Of a stretch of 64,000 bases of DNA, positions 20,084 to 29,527 are shown in pieces. The translations under genes and the position numbers were made by a program. The stretch lies in NCBI GenBank assembly GCA_018669975.1, contig JABHSK010000009.1, forward strand, positions 51,127-115,126, written 5' to 3'. This DNA is from Candidatus Parcubacteria bacterium (GTDB taxonomy: Bacteria; Patescibacteriota; Patescibacteriia; UBA1558; GWA2-36-10). Numbering within the stretch: position 1 is the stretch's first letter; the number at the start of each line of letters is the position of its first letter. Under the pieces are notes generated by a model. It did no database searches. It had not been told where the DNA came from and saw nothing but the letters and a program-made list of their open reading frames with translations.

Positions 20084-22810
20084 ATGCCCAAAAAACAAAA
20101 GAAATTGGTGGTTATAGACAGTAATGCCCTACTACATAGAGCCTGGCACGCTATACCTCCTCTGAAGACTAAAGATGGCACTGTGGTTAACGCTGTTTTT
20201 GGCTATACCTCACTATTATTGAGTATTATCAGAGAGTTGAAACCCGAATACATCATCGCCTCATTTGATCTACCTGGTAAGACTTTTCGACACGAACAAT
20301 ATAAAGAGTATAAAGCTCAGCGGGTTAAGCAGGCAGATGAATTTTATGAACAATTTGATCTAGCCAAAGATGTTCTAAAAGCTTTTAATATACCAATACT
20401 AACTAAGGCTGGCTTTGAGGCTGACGACGTCATTGGCACCATTAGTCAGGAGGCCTATAACCAATATCCAGACATTCAAACTATTATCATCACTGGAGAT
20501 CTTGATGCTTTACAACTGGTCAATGATCGTGTAAAAGTCTTAACTCTTAAAAGAGGTTTTAATGACACCATCACTTATGATATTGCAGCTGTCAAAGAAA
20601 GGTACGGCCTTGATCCAGAACAACTTATAGACCTCAAAGCTATACAAGGAGACGCCTCAGATAATATCAAGGGTGTCAGAGGCATCGGTGCCAAAGGAGC
20701 CACTAATTTAATAAAAGAATTTGGTAGTTTAGAAAATCTTTATAAAAAAATAAGTGAAGCTGACATCAAAGAAAGAACAAAAAATCTTTTACTAGAGCAA
20801 AAAGATGAAGCTTTTGAAAGCAAGGAGTTGGTAACCATTGTTACTGATGTACCCTTAACATGGAAATTGGAAAATGCTACCTTTTCTGAATTTGATGCGG
20901 AAAAAGTTTATAAAATCTTTCAAGAATTAGAGTTTAGTTCATTGCTTAATAAAATACCACATAAAGAATCTAATTTAAATAATAATGCCTTTGCAGATAA
21001 AAAGGCCGCCTATCAAACTATAAGCAATACCAAAGACTTCGAAATATTCTATGGGGAGCTAAGTAAACAAAAAATATTTGCTCTAGACACAGAAACATCT
21101 GGCTTAGATGTTTTTAATGATAAAATATTAGGCATGTCATTTTCCTGGCAAGCTAAAACCGGTTTTTATATCGACCTATCAGATAATAAATTTCAAAAAT
21201 TAGTTGTCGAACAGCTCAAGCCAATCCTAGAGGATGACAAAATATCTAAGGTGGGTCATCACTTAAAGTTTGATTATAAGGTTTTTAAACAACTAGACAT
21301 AGAACTAAAGGGTATAATTTTTGACACGCTAATAGCTGCCTATCTAATTAACGCTAACCGCGGTTTACGCCTAGAAGAACTGGCTTTTAGTTATCTGGGT
21401 TATAAAAAACTAAAATTAGTAGACCTGCTAGATGAACCACCAAAAAAGAAAAAAGAAATAGATATTAAACAAATTCCAGCTGAAAAATTAGCCTGGTATG
21501 CTGCTGAAGATGCCGATATTACCTTTAGACTATATGAAAAACTGTTATCCATCATCAAAACCAATAAAAACTTTGATCTGCTAGAAAAAATGGAATTGCC
21601 ACTAATACCAGTGTTGGCAGAAATGGAATTAGCTGGTATTTCACTCGACAGTGCTTTTCTTAAAAAAATGGAACAACAGTTTAGTAAGGAAATAAATAAG
21701 ATTACCAAACAAGTATATAAATTGGCTGGCAGGGAATTCAATATCGCCTCACCCCTGCAACTTAAGGAAATATTATTTGAAGAACTAGAAATAAGTGCTG
21801 TCGGAATAAAAAAAACAAAAACCGGCCTATCAACCGCTGCTTCTGAGCTGGCCAAACTACAAAGTGCTCATCCAATAATTCCACTAATCACTGAGTATAG
21901 AGAGCTGGCCAAACTACAATCTACTTATATCATTGCTTTGCCAGAATTAGTAAACAAAAAGAGCAAGAGATTGCATACTAATTTTAATCAGGCCATCACT
22001 GCCACTGGCAGATTATCTTCATCAAATCCAAATTTACAAAACATACCCACCCGTACGACTCTGGGTAGAAAAATACGTCAGGCTTTCGTAACACCAAAAA
22101 ACTATGTTTTGCTATCAGCTGATTATTCACAAATAGAACTACGTTTAGTGGCCTCCTTGTCTAAGGATCCAAAAATGTTAGCTAGTTTTAAAAAGGGTGA
22201 AGATATTCATGCGCGTACAGCTGCTGAGATACACAAAATCTCTCTAGACAAAGTAACCAAGGAAATACGCCGCACAGCTAAAGAGGTAAATTTTGGCATA
22301 CTCTATGGACTTGGTTCTCTAGGATTATCTCAACGTACCGACCTTAACCGCAATGAAGCTAAAGAATTTATAGATAGTTACTTTGATATTTACAAAAAAA
22401 TAAAAACCTACATAGAATACACCAAAGATTTTGCTCATCAAAAAGGCTATTCGCAAACCTTATTTGGCAGAAGGCGCTATCTGCCAGACATTAACTCTTC
22501 CATGCCTATGTTGAGGGCTGCCGCTGAGCGCATGGCTATTAATATGCCCGTACAGGGCACTTCCGCCGATCTTATGAAATTGGCCATGATCAGGATACAC
22601 CGAGACTTGCCAAAAATAAGCAAGGACACTAAAATGGTTCTACAGGTTCATGATGAATTGGTTCTAGAGGTCCCCAAAACAGAACTGAAAAAAGTAGCCA
22701 AGTTTGTTAAGCAAGCTATGGAAACAATCCACAAGCTACCTATACCATTAACTGTGGATTTAGAAGTAGGTAATAATTGGGGAAAATTAGAAACTTACCC
22801 AGTTAAATAA
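20084..22810 (+). CDS. polA: DNA polymerase I
   Basis: 5'-3' exonuclease (EADDVIGT), 3'-5' exonuclease (LDTET, YAAEDA), polymerase (DYSQIELR, VHDELV). Confidence 0.98.
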   Translation: MPKKQKKLVVIDSNALLHRAWHAIPPLKTKDGTVVNAVFGYTSLLLSIIRELKPEYIIASFDLPGKTFRHEQYKEYKAQRVKQADEFYEQFDLAKDVLKAFNIPILTKAGFEADDVIGTISQEAYNQYPDIQTIIITGDLDALQLVNDRVKVLTLKRGFNDTITYDIAAVKERYGLDPEQLIDLKAIQGDASDNIKGVRGIGAKGATNLIKEFGSLENLYKKISEADIKERTKNLLLEQKDEAFESKELVTIVTDVPLTWKLENATFSEFDAEKVYKIFQELEFSSLLNKIPHKESNLNNNAFADKKAAYQTISNTKDFEIFYGELSKQKIFALDTETSGLDVFNDKILGMSFSWQAKTGFYIDLSDNKFQKLVVEQLKPILEDDKISKVGHHLKFDYKVFKQLDIELKGIIFDTLIAAYLINANRGLRLEELAFSYLGYKKLKLVDLLDEPPKKKKEIDIKQIPAEKLAWYAAEDADITFRLYEKLLSIIKTNKNFDLLEKMELPLIPVLAEMELAGISLDSAFLKKMEQQFSKEINKITKQVYKLAGREFNIASPLQLKEILFEELEISAVGIKKTKTGLSTAASELAKLQSAHPIIPLITEYRELAKLQSTYIIALPELVNKKSKRLHTNFNQAITATGRLSSSNPNLQNIPTRTTLGRKIRQAFVTPKNYVLLSADYSQIELRLVASLSKDPKMLASFKKGEDIHARTAAEIHKISLDKVTKEIRRTAKEVNFGILYGLGSLGLSQRTDLNRNEAKEFIDSYFDIYKKIKTYIEYTKDFAHQKGYSQTLFGRRRYLPDINSSMPMLRAAAERMAINMPVQGTSADLMKLAMIRIHRDLPKISKDTKMVLQVHDELVLEVPKTELKKVAKFVKQAMETIHKLPIPLTVDLEVGNNWGKLETYPVK

Positions 22811-23761
22811 ATGCTATTTTTCTATTATGGTGAAGACTCATTTCGAGCTCATCAAAAAATTCAAGCGATTGTCAAAAAATTCAAAGACAAGATAGATCCG
22901 TCTGGACAAAATATCCAGCACCTTGACGGTGAAACCATCACTGCTGATGATTTCTTTAAAGCTGTATCAGTGATGGGTTTTTTAGCTGACAAAAAACTAA
23001 TTATTATAAAAAATATTTTTGATAATAAAAAACTAACCACTTGGCAAGATATATTAATAAAATTTCTAGATAAACAAAATGATACTCCCGATGAAAATTA
23101 TTTAGTTTTCTGGCAAGGTGGTAAGGCAGACTCTAGAAAAAAAATATTCAAAAGATTGAATAAGTTAAAATTTAGTGAAGAGTTTAGCAAGCAAAATCCA
23201 AGGCAACTCTCCCAATGGATAACTAGACATGCACAAGCGCAAAAAAAACATATCACCCCAGCAGCCGTAGAATTATTAATTAGTTATGTAGGTAATGATC
23301 TCTGGCAACTACATCAAGAGATATCTAAACTGGCTCATTTTAGTGAAGAAGATATAAACGATAAAGATGTCCGTGAAATAGTACAAGCTAAGATAGATGA
23401 CAATATTTTTAATATGATAGATGCCTTGGGCAACAAAGATAAAGCCTTAACTCTTAAGCTAATAGAAGAAAAATTAAATCATGGTGTCAATCATCAATAC
23501 ATTCTAACCATGATTATCCGCCAATTCAGAATACTAATCAAAGCAAAGGCCTTATCTAAAGACACCAAATACGCAAGTGCCCTAGCACAAGCCCTAAAAA
23601 TACCACCAAGGATTGCCGAAAAAACTTTGGCTCAAAGCAAAGAATATAGTGCAGATGAGTTAAAAAAAATATACAGCCATTTATTGCTACTAGATGAAAA
23701 ATTTAAAACTACTCAAAATCAAGAAAAAATACTATTTACCCAGATGATTCATAATTTATAA
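22811..23761 (+). CDS. holA: DNA polymerase III delta subunit
   Basis: FFYYGED N-terminus, VGNDLWQLHQEISKL, IFNMIDAL. Located near rpsT. Confidence 0.9.
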   Translation: MLFFYYGEDSFRAHQKIQAIVKKFKDKIDPSGQNIQHLDGETITADDFFKAVSVMGFLADKKLIIIKNIFDNKKLTTWQDILIKFLDKQNDTPDENYLVFWQGGKADSRKKIFKRLNKLKFSEEFSKQNPRQLSQWITRHAQAQKKHITPAAVELLISYVGNDLWQLHQEISKLAHFSEEDINDKDVREIVQAKIDDNIFNMIDALGNKDKALTLKLIEEKLNHGVNHQYILTMIIRQFRILIKAKALSKDTKYASALAQALKIPPRIAEKTLAQSKEYSADELKKIYSHLLLLDEKFKTTQNQEKILFTQMIHNL

Positions 23762-23789
23762 AACTCCCAATATCTAACGACGAAAACAT

Positions 23790-23827
23790 AATAATAACGG
23801 CTTCGCTGATGCGAAGCCGTTATTATT
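23790..23827. terminator. bidirectional terminator (17-bp perfect stem)
   Basis: AATAATAACGGCTTCGC-TGAT-GCGAAGCCGTTATTATT between convergent holA and the AlkD-like gene. Confidence 0.85.
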
Positions 23828-24550
23828 TTAAAAATTACCTTGTAAAAATCTCTTTCTTTTGGTCTCTACCATTCTTTCGATGGCATATCGTAAAGTGGTT
23901 CTTGGTAAATATGAATAATTTTTCTTTAAAAATTCTTCTGCTCTAGCTGCATCTTTTTTCCAAGCCTCTCGAAGCATCCATCCTACTGCCTTATGCATCA
24001 AATCTTCTTTGTCTTTAAGAAGTAGTTTAGACAACTTAAAGCAATCATCTAATTGCCCCTCTCTAATAAATATCCAAGTAGTAATTATAGATATACGTCT
24101 TTCCCAAAGTTTATTGCTCTTGGCATATTTATATAATATTTGCCTTGACTCTAGTTTGTCTAAAATAGCTTGCCCTAAAATATAATGCGCTGAAAGGTCC
24201 ACTAGATCCCAATTATTTACCCCCGCTCTGTTCCTCAAATAAAAATTAAGGATTTGTTTTTGTAATTTTATATCTTTATTCTTCCGTGCTAACTTATTTT
24301 TCTCTACCAAAATTAAAATACCTGCCAAACGAATTTCATGAATATCTGAATTCAAACAATTTTTAAGTTCTGAAAAATCTAGCTCTAAAAACTTTCTAGC
24401 CACTTGCCTAATATTTGGCACACGCACACCAATAAATTTATCTCCCTCTCCATACTCTCCCGGTCCAGTTTTAAAAAACCATTCATTGGATTTTTTTCTA
24501 GCTGACGAGGCATGTTTCTTTAATTCTTTTATCAAATCTTGTGACTTCAT
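23828..24550 (-). CDS. DNA alkylation repair enzyme (AlkD-like HEAT-repeat glycosylase)
   Basis: FFKTGPGEYGEGDKFIGV, NNWDLVD, KAVGWMLRE, RTTLRYAIE. Confidence 0.9.
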   Translation of the reverse strand: MKSQDLIKELKKHASSARKKSNEWFFKTGPGEYGEGDKFIGVRVPNIRQVARKFLELDFSELKNCLNSDIHEIRLAGILILVEKNKLARKNKDIKLQKQILNFYLRNRAGVNNWDLVDLSAHYILGQAILDKLESRQILYKYAKSNKLWERRISIITTWIFIREGQLDDCFKLSKLLLKDKEDLMHKAVGWMLREAWKKDAARAEEFLKKNYSYLPRTTLRYAIERMVETKRKRFLQGNF

Positions 24551-24568
24551 AATTTTATTATATAAAAC

Positions 24569-24597
24569 AAAAACAACCCCGTAAAGGATTGTTTTTT
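24569..24597 (-). terminator. terminator after rpsT
   Basis: On the minus strand AAAAACAATCC-loop-GGGTTGTTTTT. Confidence 0.6.
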
Positions 24598-24603
24598 ATA
24601 ATT

Positions 24604-24924
24604 TTATTTTTTATCAGCTGACTTTTCCTCTGCCTTTGGCTTGGTGGCCACTGGCTTAGCGCCTGCCTGCTTAATCATAGCCGCGAAACGTTGTTTTTTA
24701 CGATTTCCAGTGTTAACTTTAATGATGTTTGACTTTACAGCTTTATCTACTGCTTTTTGTAAAGTATGTATCAATTCACCAGATTTCTTATCAATATTAC
24801 CGGCTGATATAGCTTTTTTACCAGACTTGATGATCTCTCTGATATTTCTTTTAACTAAAGCATTACGCTTTGTAAGCTTTTCGGTCTGCCTCAAGTGCTT
24901 GATGGCTGATTTCTTATTTGGCAT
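24604..24924 (-). CDS. rpsT: 30S ribosomal protein S20
   Basis: MPNKKSAIKHLRQ, DKAVKSNIIKVNTGNRKK, basic C-terminal extension. Confidence 0.92.
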   Translation of the reverse strand: MPNKKSAIKHLRQTEKLTKRNALVKRNIREIIKSGKKAISAGNIDKKSGELIHTLQKAVDKAVKSNIIKVNTGNRKKQRFAAMIKQAGAKPVATKPKAEEKSADKK

Positions 24925-25002
24925 AAATTCAAATTTCTATTAAAATGATAATATAAAGACTTTTAAGATGATAACATAAACTAACTATTAAGTCAATAAT
25001 AT

Positions 25003-25242
25003 ATGATATCTAGAGAACAACAGCGACTGGTTATAGAAAAACTGTATAGGTCTTCAGATTCTATTACTAGCACTAAGAAATTTAATGAAAAATATGGCAG
25101 TAGCGTTGGTCATATGGGTGAAGAAAGTATGAGAATGACTGATTTTGGTCGTAAAATGAAGAAAACAGACTTTATGAGCAGTAGAGTAGAACAGGCCATG
25201 CGAGAGGTTACAGGCCGAAGTGTTGATTTAGAGAGCTTATAA
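25003..25242 (+). CDS. hypothetical 79-aa protein
   Basis: ATG start, fills the rpsT-truB gap, protein-like composition. Overlaps the truB 3' end by 35 nt. Confidence 0.55.
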   Translation: MISREQQRLVIEKLYRSSDSITSTKKFNEKYGSSVGHMGEESMRMTDFGRKMKKTDFMSSRVEQAMREVTGRSVDLESL

Positions 25243-25993
25243 TTTGCTCAGCACTTATAGCATTTTTTGCTAAAACTTCTTGATCTACCTTGTCCAAATG
25301 AATAGCTTGGTCAATATAAAACTCTCCAATAGCTACTCGGCGTAAATCTGACAACAATGCGCCCTGTTTTGTAGCTTGCCCTAAATCGTGAGCTAGGCTA
25401 CGTATATAGGTGCCAGCTGAACAGCTCACCTTTATTTTTAACTTGGGGAAATTAAAATCTAACATCTCAATCTCATATATCTCCACCTCTTTACTAGGCG
25501 GAGTTACTACCTTACCTTGTCTGGCTAAGACGTGCAGTTTTTTGCCAGCTACTTTCTTAGCTGAATACATTGGTGCCTGTTGATTCTGTTTTCCAGTAAA
25601 CTTTTTTAACTGCTGTTTTAGAAATATTTTATCAAACTCTTCTGCATCTGTATTGTTGACTACCTGACCCTCTAAATCATAGGTATCTGATATTTGACCA
25701 AAAATAATATCTGCCTGATAAATCTTAGGCAAAAAATGAAACAAGTCTAATAGGCGAGTAGCTCGTCCAGTGGCCATGATCAACAAGCCTGAGGCTAGCG
25801 GATCTAATGTGCCAGCAAAACCAACTTTCTTTATATCCAATACTTTACGCAAAACAGACACTGCTCTAAAAGAGTGTATATTTTTAGGCTTATCTATCAA
25901 ATAAATGTTTGCCTGGGGGTCAGAAATAATAGATTGTTTTTTAGTCTCAGTTAGAAACTTTTGAGTAAATTCTTGCGCTGTTTTTATCTGCAT
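25208..25993 (-). CDS. truB: tRNA pseudouridine(55) synthase
   Basis: IDKP, KVGFAGTLDPLASGLL, APMYSAKKVAG, CSAGTYIRSLAHDLG. Confidence 0.96.
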   Translation of the reverse strand: MQIKTAQEFTQKFLTETKKQSIISDPQANIYLIDKPKNIHSFRAVSVLRKVLDIKKVGFAGTLDPLASGLLIMATGRATRLLDLFHFLPKIYQADIIFGQISDTYDLEGQVVNNTDAEEFDKIFLKQQLKKFTGKQNQQAPMYSAKKVAGKKLHVLARQGKVVTPPSKEVEIYEIEMLDFNFPKLKIKVSCSAGTYIRSLAHDLGQATKQGALLSDLRRVAIGEFYIDQAIHLDKVDQEVLAKNAISAEQIISSLNQHFGL

Positions 25994-26124
25994 TATCTAT
26001 TCATTATCTTATATATCTTACACTATAGTACTAATTACAAAAATTGACAAAATTTTATAAAGTTGGCTACAATATAGACATGAAAGTTCCCTCTTCAACT
26101 TTATAAAGAAAGGAGGTGAAAAAT

Positions 26125-26367
26125 ATGGGTCAGCGTTGCTATTGCCCAGTTTCCTTAAATGTTACTGTTGGACTATTCCTTATTTTTTTGTCCATATTAT
26201 CTTTTTTTGAAATCTGGGATGTATATATGCCATTTTGGCTATCGGTGTTAAGTTTGTTTCTTGGCATTATGGCTATTATCATGAATTCTATAAATCGTAT
26301 ACATGATAAGGTGAATGATCTGAGTGTCGAGAAGGCTGATGAATTACATGCCAATGAAGGTTACTAA
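26125..26367 (+). CDS. small 2-TM membrane protein
   Basis: Strong SD AAGGAGGTG before ATG 26125, own promoter TTGACA...TACAAT, two hydrophobic helices, downstream terminator. Confidence 0.7.
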   Translation: MGQRCYCPVSLNVTVGLFLIFLSILSFFEIWDVYMPFWLSVLSLFLGIMAIIMNSINRIHDKVNDLSVEKADELHANEGY

Positions 26368-26379
26368 AAAGAATAAACT

Positions 26380-26423
26380 AAAATAAAAACACCCGTAATA
26401 AACAAATAGGGTGTTTTTATTTT
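26380..26423. terminator. bidirectional terminator
   Basis: AAAATAAAAACACCC...GGGTGTTTTTATTTT, 15-bp inverted repeat. Confidence 0.75.
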
Positions 26424-29349
26424 ATTCAATATTTACAATTATCGACGGAGTAGTCATTAGATTGTCAGACACATCTTTAACAAGCATATATATCTTATAA
26501 ACCCCTGACTCCAAATCATCCCCCCAACTAACAGACACATTATTATCGGCTGGCGATGAAACATAATCAAACCAATGAGACTTATCATCTGGAGATAGGT
26601 AGTAAAAATCAATTTTCTTAATTTGTTCTGGCTTATCTATACTCAACCGCAAATCAATAGGTAGCCCCGATTGATTGATAGTGTCCCCATTGGACGGGTC
26701 AAGCCAAACAATATTAAAGGCTCGCTCTGAGCTGTCTATATCTAAATTAATATTAATAGTCTTAGACTGAAAATTATCCTGATCATCAAAAGCAATAGCT
26801 TTGAGCTGATGCCGACCATTACCAAGAAAAGGGTTGACCTGATAACTATAATTAAATGGACTATTATAGCTAGTACCGACTAAGTTATCATCCATAAAAT
26901 ACTCAACTCTACGTACTTCCCTAGGAGCATCAGTGTTTACCCGCATAGAAAAACTAACGTCACGAACAGTATCATTGTTGTTTGGAAATTGCCAAGATAT
27001 ATCTGGTTTAAGCTCTGGCAGATGTATATCATCATATTCAGTCGGCGCGGCCTCAGCCTCATATCCTTTGTCCTTAGCCCAAACCATGATTGGCTCTTCC
27101 CAAAGACTATATTGCGGCTCATGATTTGGATCTGATAACGGATCTCCTAGAGGGTCGTTTATGTTTACATAATGTAAAATATTATGAGCTTCTAAAAACT
27201 TCTTTTCTTGAATTTGAGTGTACGGGGTATATTCAGTGGCCAATTTACCAGACATTTTATCTATTCTAACTGGCTCTGCGCCAGAAAGCTCCCCACAAAC
27301 CATAGGCTTATCACAACCATCAAGATTGTGTTCTTTAAAATCCTCTATCGGCATATCCTTGGTAACCTCACGCATAAATGCATTCCAAATTGGCGCAGCT
27401 ACAACTGAACCACTGGACCCTTCTTTCATTTCTGTATTATCATTATTACCAACCCAAACACCTGTAGCAATCTGTGGTGTAAAGCCCATTAACCAAGCAT
27501 CTCGATAATTATTGGTGGTGCCAGTCTTAGCTACCACTGGCCTATCACCTAGGGTTAGATAATTATTTTCCCCAAAAACATAGGCCCTAGCTGAATTATC
27601 AGACAGTATATCATTAATTAAACGAACATACTCCTTATCGATGGCTCGACGTCCTTTATTTTTATCATTTTCTTCTATAACCTTTCCTTCGTGATCTTTA
27701 ATTTCTACTATAGCCACTGTGTCTTGATACACACCCTCTCTAGCTAATGTGGCATAACCATTAACATGCTCTAACAACTTTACTTCTGCACCTCCTAATA
27801 CCAATGATAATCCATAACGATCTGGGTCTCCTAGGGTAGTATAGCCAAATTTACCTGCTAACTCTGTCACATTACGCACACCCGCTAAATATATAGCTTT
27901 TACAGCTGGGATATTGAGTGAGCCCGCCAGAGCTTGTTTCATACTGACTGGTCCACGCTCTTCTAGGTCATAATTATGTGGAATATAGTCATCACCAGCT
28001 GAGGCAAAATTAGTCACCACATCAAAAAGTATAGTATCTGGACGGAAACCTTTCTCAAAAGCTTTAAGATAAACAAAGGGCTTCATGGAGCTGCCTGGTT
28101 GTCTGTTAGAAATTGAAACATTAACCTGCCCATCTATCTCATCATCAAAATAATCCTTGGAACCAACCATAGCAATTATTTGCCCAGTCTCTACATCTAA
28201 AGATACTAAAGAGGCGTTGCTGGCCTGATGATTTTCAGCATTACCCTTGGCCTTTTCTGTTATAATCTCCTCTGCTTTTTGTTGAATCTCCCAATCTAAA
28301 GATGTTCTTATTTCCCAACCGCTTTGCTCAACTAGAGACGCGCCATATTTCTGTTCCAATAATTCTCTAACATACATCACAAAATGAGGGGCTTTAATTT
28401 GCTCAGCGCGTTTTTTAAAGGTTAACTCCTGAGCCTCAGCACTCTCTGCCTCTTCTTCTGTAATATAACCCTGATCAACCATGAGACCCAAAATAGTCTG
28501 CTGACGAGCAATTAACAAATCCTTATTATTACCATAGGGCGAATACAATGTCGGCGCCTGTGGTAAAGCAGCTAATATAGCAGCCTCTGCCAATGTCACA
28601 TCCTGAATTGATTTATCAAAATAATATCTAGCTGCTGCCTCAGTTCCATAGACGGCTCCACCATAGGGAATTTCATTGAAATAAAATTCCAAAACTTGAT
28701 CTTTACTATATTTTTGTTCTATTCGATAAGATAAAATCCATTCCTTAATTTTTCTAGAAAGCTTTCTCTCATTGGTTAAAATAGCATTTTTGACAAATTG
28801 CTGTGTTAAAGTAGATCCGCCCTGGGCTCGTTTACCTTGTAATCTAGGTACAATTTGTCCGCGCAAAATACCCCACAAAGATACCCCTTTGTGGCTATAA
28901 AAATCTTTATCTTCAATAGCAATGGTCGCATACTTTACGTGGTCTGGAATATCTTCTATATGCACCATGGTTCTATTCTCATCACCATGCACTTCATAAA
29001 GCAAAACCTCGCCAGTGCGATCATATATCTTAGTGCTCATAGCTACTGATCTGTCCAATAACTTACCCTCTTCTGGTAAGTCCTTGGAATACCAGGCAAA
29101 TAAGCCAACCATAGAAATACCAAATAAAAGAGTTCCCCCTAATAAAAACGGCCACAATTTTCTGAGTAATCGTCTAAACCAACCTCCACCTTTGGATCGT
29201 CTTGGTTTTTTGTGAAAAGAAACACGCTGAGTGCGCTTGTTTTTACTTTTGACGTCACTCATTATTCGTCGAGAAGAAAAGCCCGCTGATTGGGCTCCGC
29301 TAATTTTACGACGACGAAAACCTGATTTTTCTAGTTGTGGTATAGGCAT
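26422..29349 (-). CDS. class A penicillin-binding protein (transglycosylase/transpeptidase) with C-terminal Ig-like domains
   Basis: EDKDFYSH and GGSTLTQQ (GT51), SSMK, SLN and KTGT (transpeptidase), beta-rich C-terminal repeats (RVEYFMD, IDFYY). Confidence 0.95.
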   Translation of the reverse strand: MPIPQLEKSGFRRRKISGAQSAGFSSRRIMSDVKSKNKRTQRVSFHKKPRRSKGGGWFRRLLRKLWPFLLGGTLLFGISMVGLFAWYSKDLPEEGKLLDRSVAMSTKIYDRTGEVLLYEVHGDENRTMVHIEDIPDHVKYATIAIEDKDFYSHKGVSLWGILRGQIVPRLQGKRAQGGSTLTQQFVKNAILTNERKLSRKIKEWILSYRIEQKYSKDQVLEFYFNEIPYGGAVYGTEAAARYYFDKSIQDVTLAEAAILAALPQAPTLYSPYGNNKDLLIARQQTILGLMVDQGYITEEEAESAEAQELTFKKRAEQIKAPHFVMYVRELLEQKYGASLVEQSGWEIRTSLDWEIQQKAEEIITEKAKGNAENHQASNASLVSLDVETGQIIAMVGSKDYFDDEIDGQVNVSISNRQPGSSMKPFVYLKAFEKGFRPDTILFDVVTNFASAGDDYIPHNYDLEERGPVSMKQALAGSLNIPAVKAIYLAGVRNVTELAGKFGYTTLGDPDRYGLSLVLGGAEVKLLEHVNGYATLAREGVYQDTVAIVEIKDHEGKVIEENDKNKGRRAIDKEYVRLINDILSDNSARAYVFGENNYLTLGDRPVVAKTGTTNNYRDAWLMGFTPQIATGVWVGNNDNTEMKEGSSGSVVAAPIWNAFMREVTKDMPIEDFKEHNLDGCDKPMVCGELSGAEPVRIDKMSGKLATEYTPYTQIQEKKFLEAHNILHYVNINDPLGDPLSDPNHEPQYSLWEEPIMVWAKDKGYEAEAAPTEYDDIHLPELKPDISWQFPNNNDTVRDVSFSMRVNTDAPREVRRVEYFMDDNLVGTSYNSPFNYSYQVNPFLGNGRHQLKAIAFDDQDNFQSKTININLDIDSSERAFNIVWLDPSNGDTINQSGLPIDLRLSIDKPEQIKKIDFYYLSPDDKSHWFDYVSSPADNNVSVSWGDDLESGVYKIYMLVKDVSDNLMTTPSIIVNIE

Positions 29350-29466
29350 TAGGAATCAATAGGAAATATTAATCTAGTACCTAAATTATAGCAAAAATAA
29401 GCTATAATTTAAACACCAAACAAAGTATGCATAAGCTTAATATAAATAGAGTAAAAACTCAAGTAC

Positions 29467-29497
29467 TATAAAACCCCAAATTGGTTGGGGTTTTATA
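29467..29497. terminator. terminator after the GalT-like gene (possibly bidirectional)
   Basis: TATAAAACCCCAA-ATTGG-TTGGGGTTTTATA. Confidence 0.75.
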
Positions 29498-29527
29498 TAA
29501 TCAATATCATTAAAGTATTTTGGCTTC

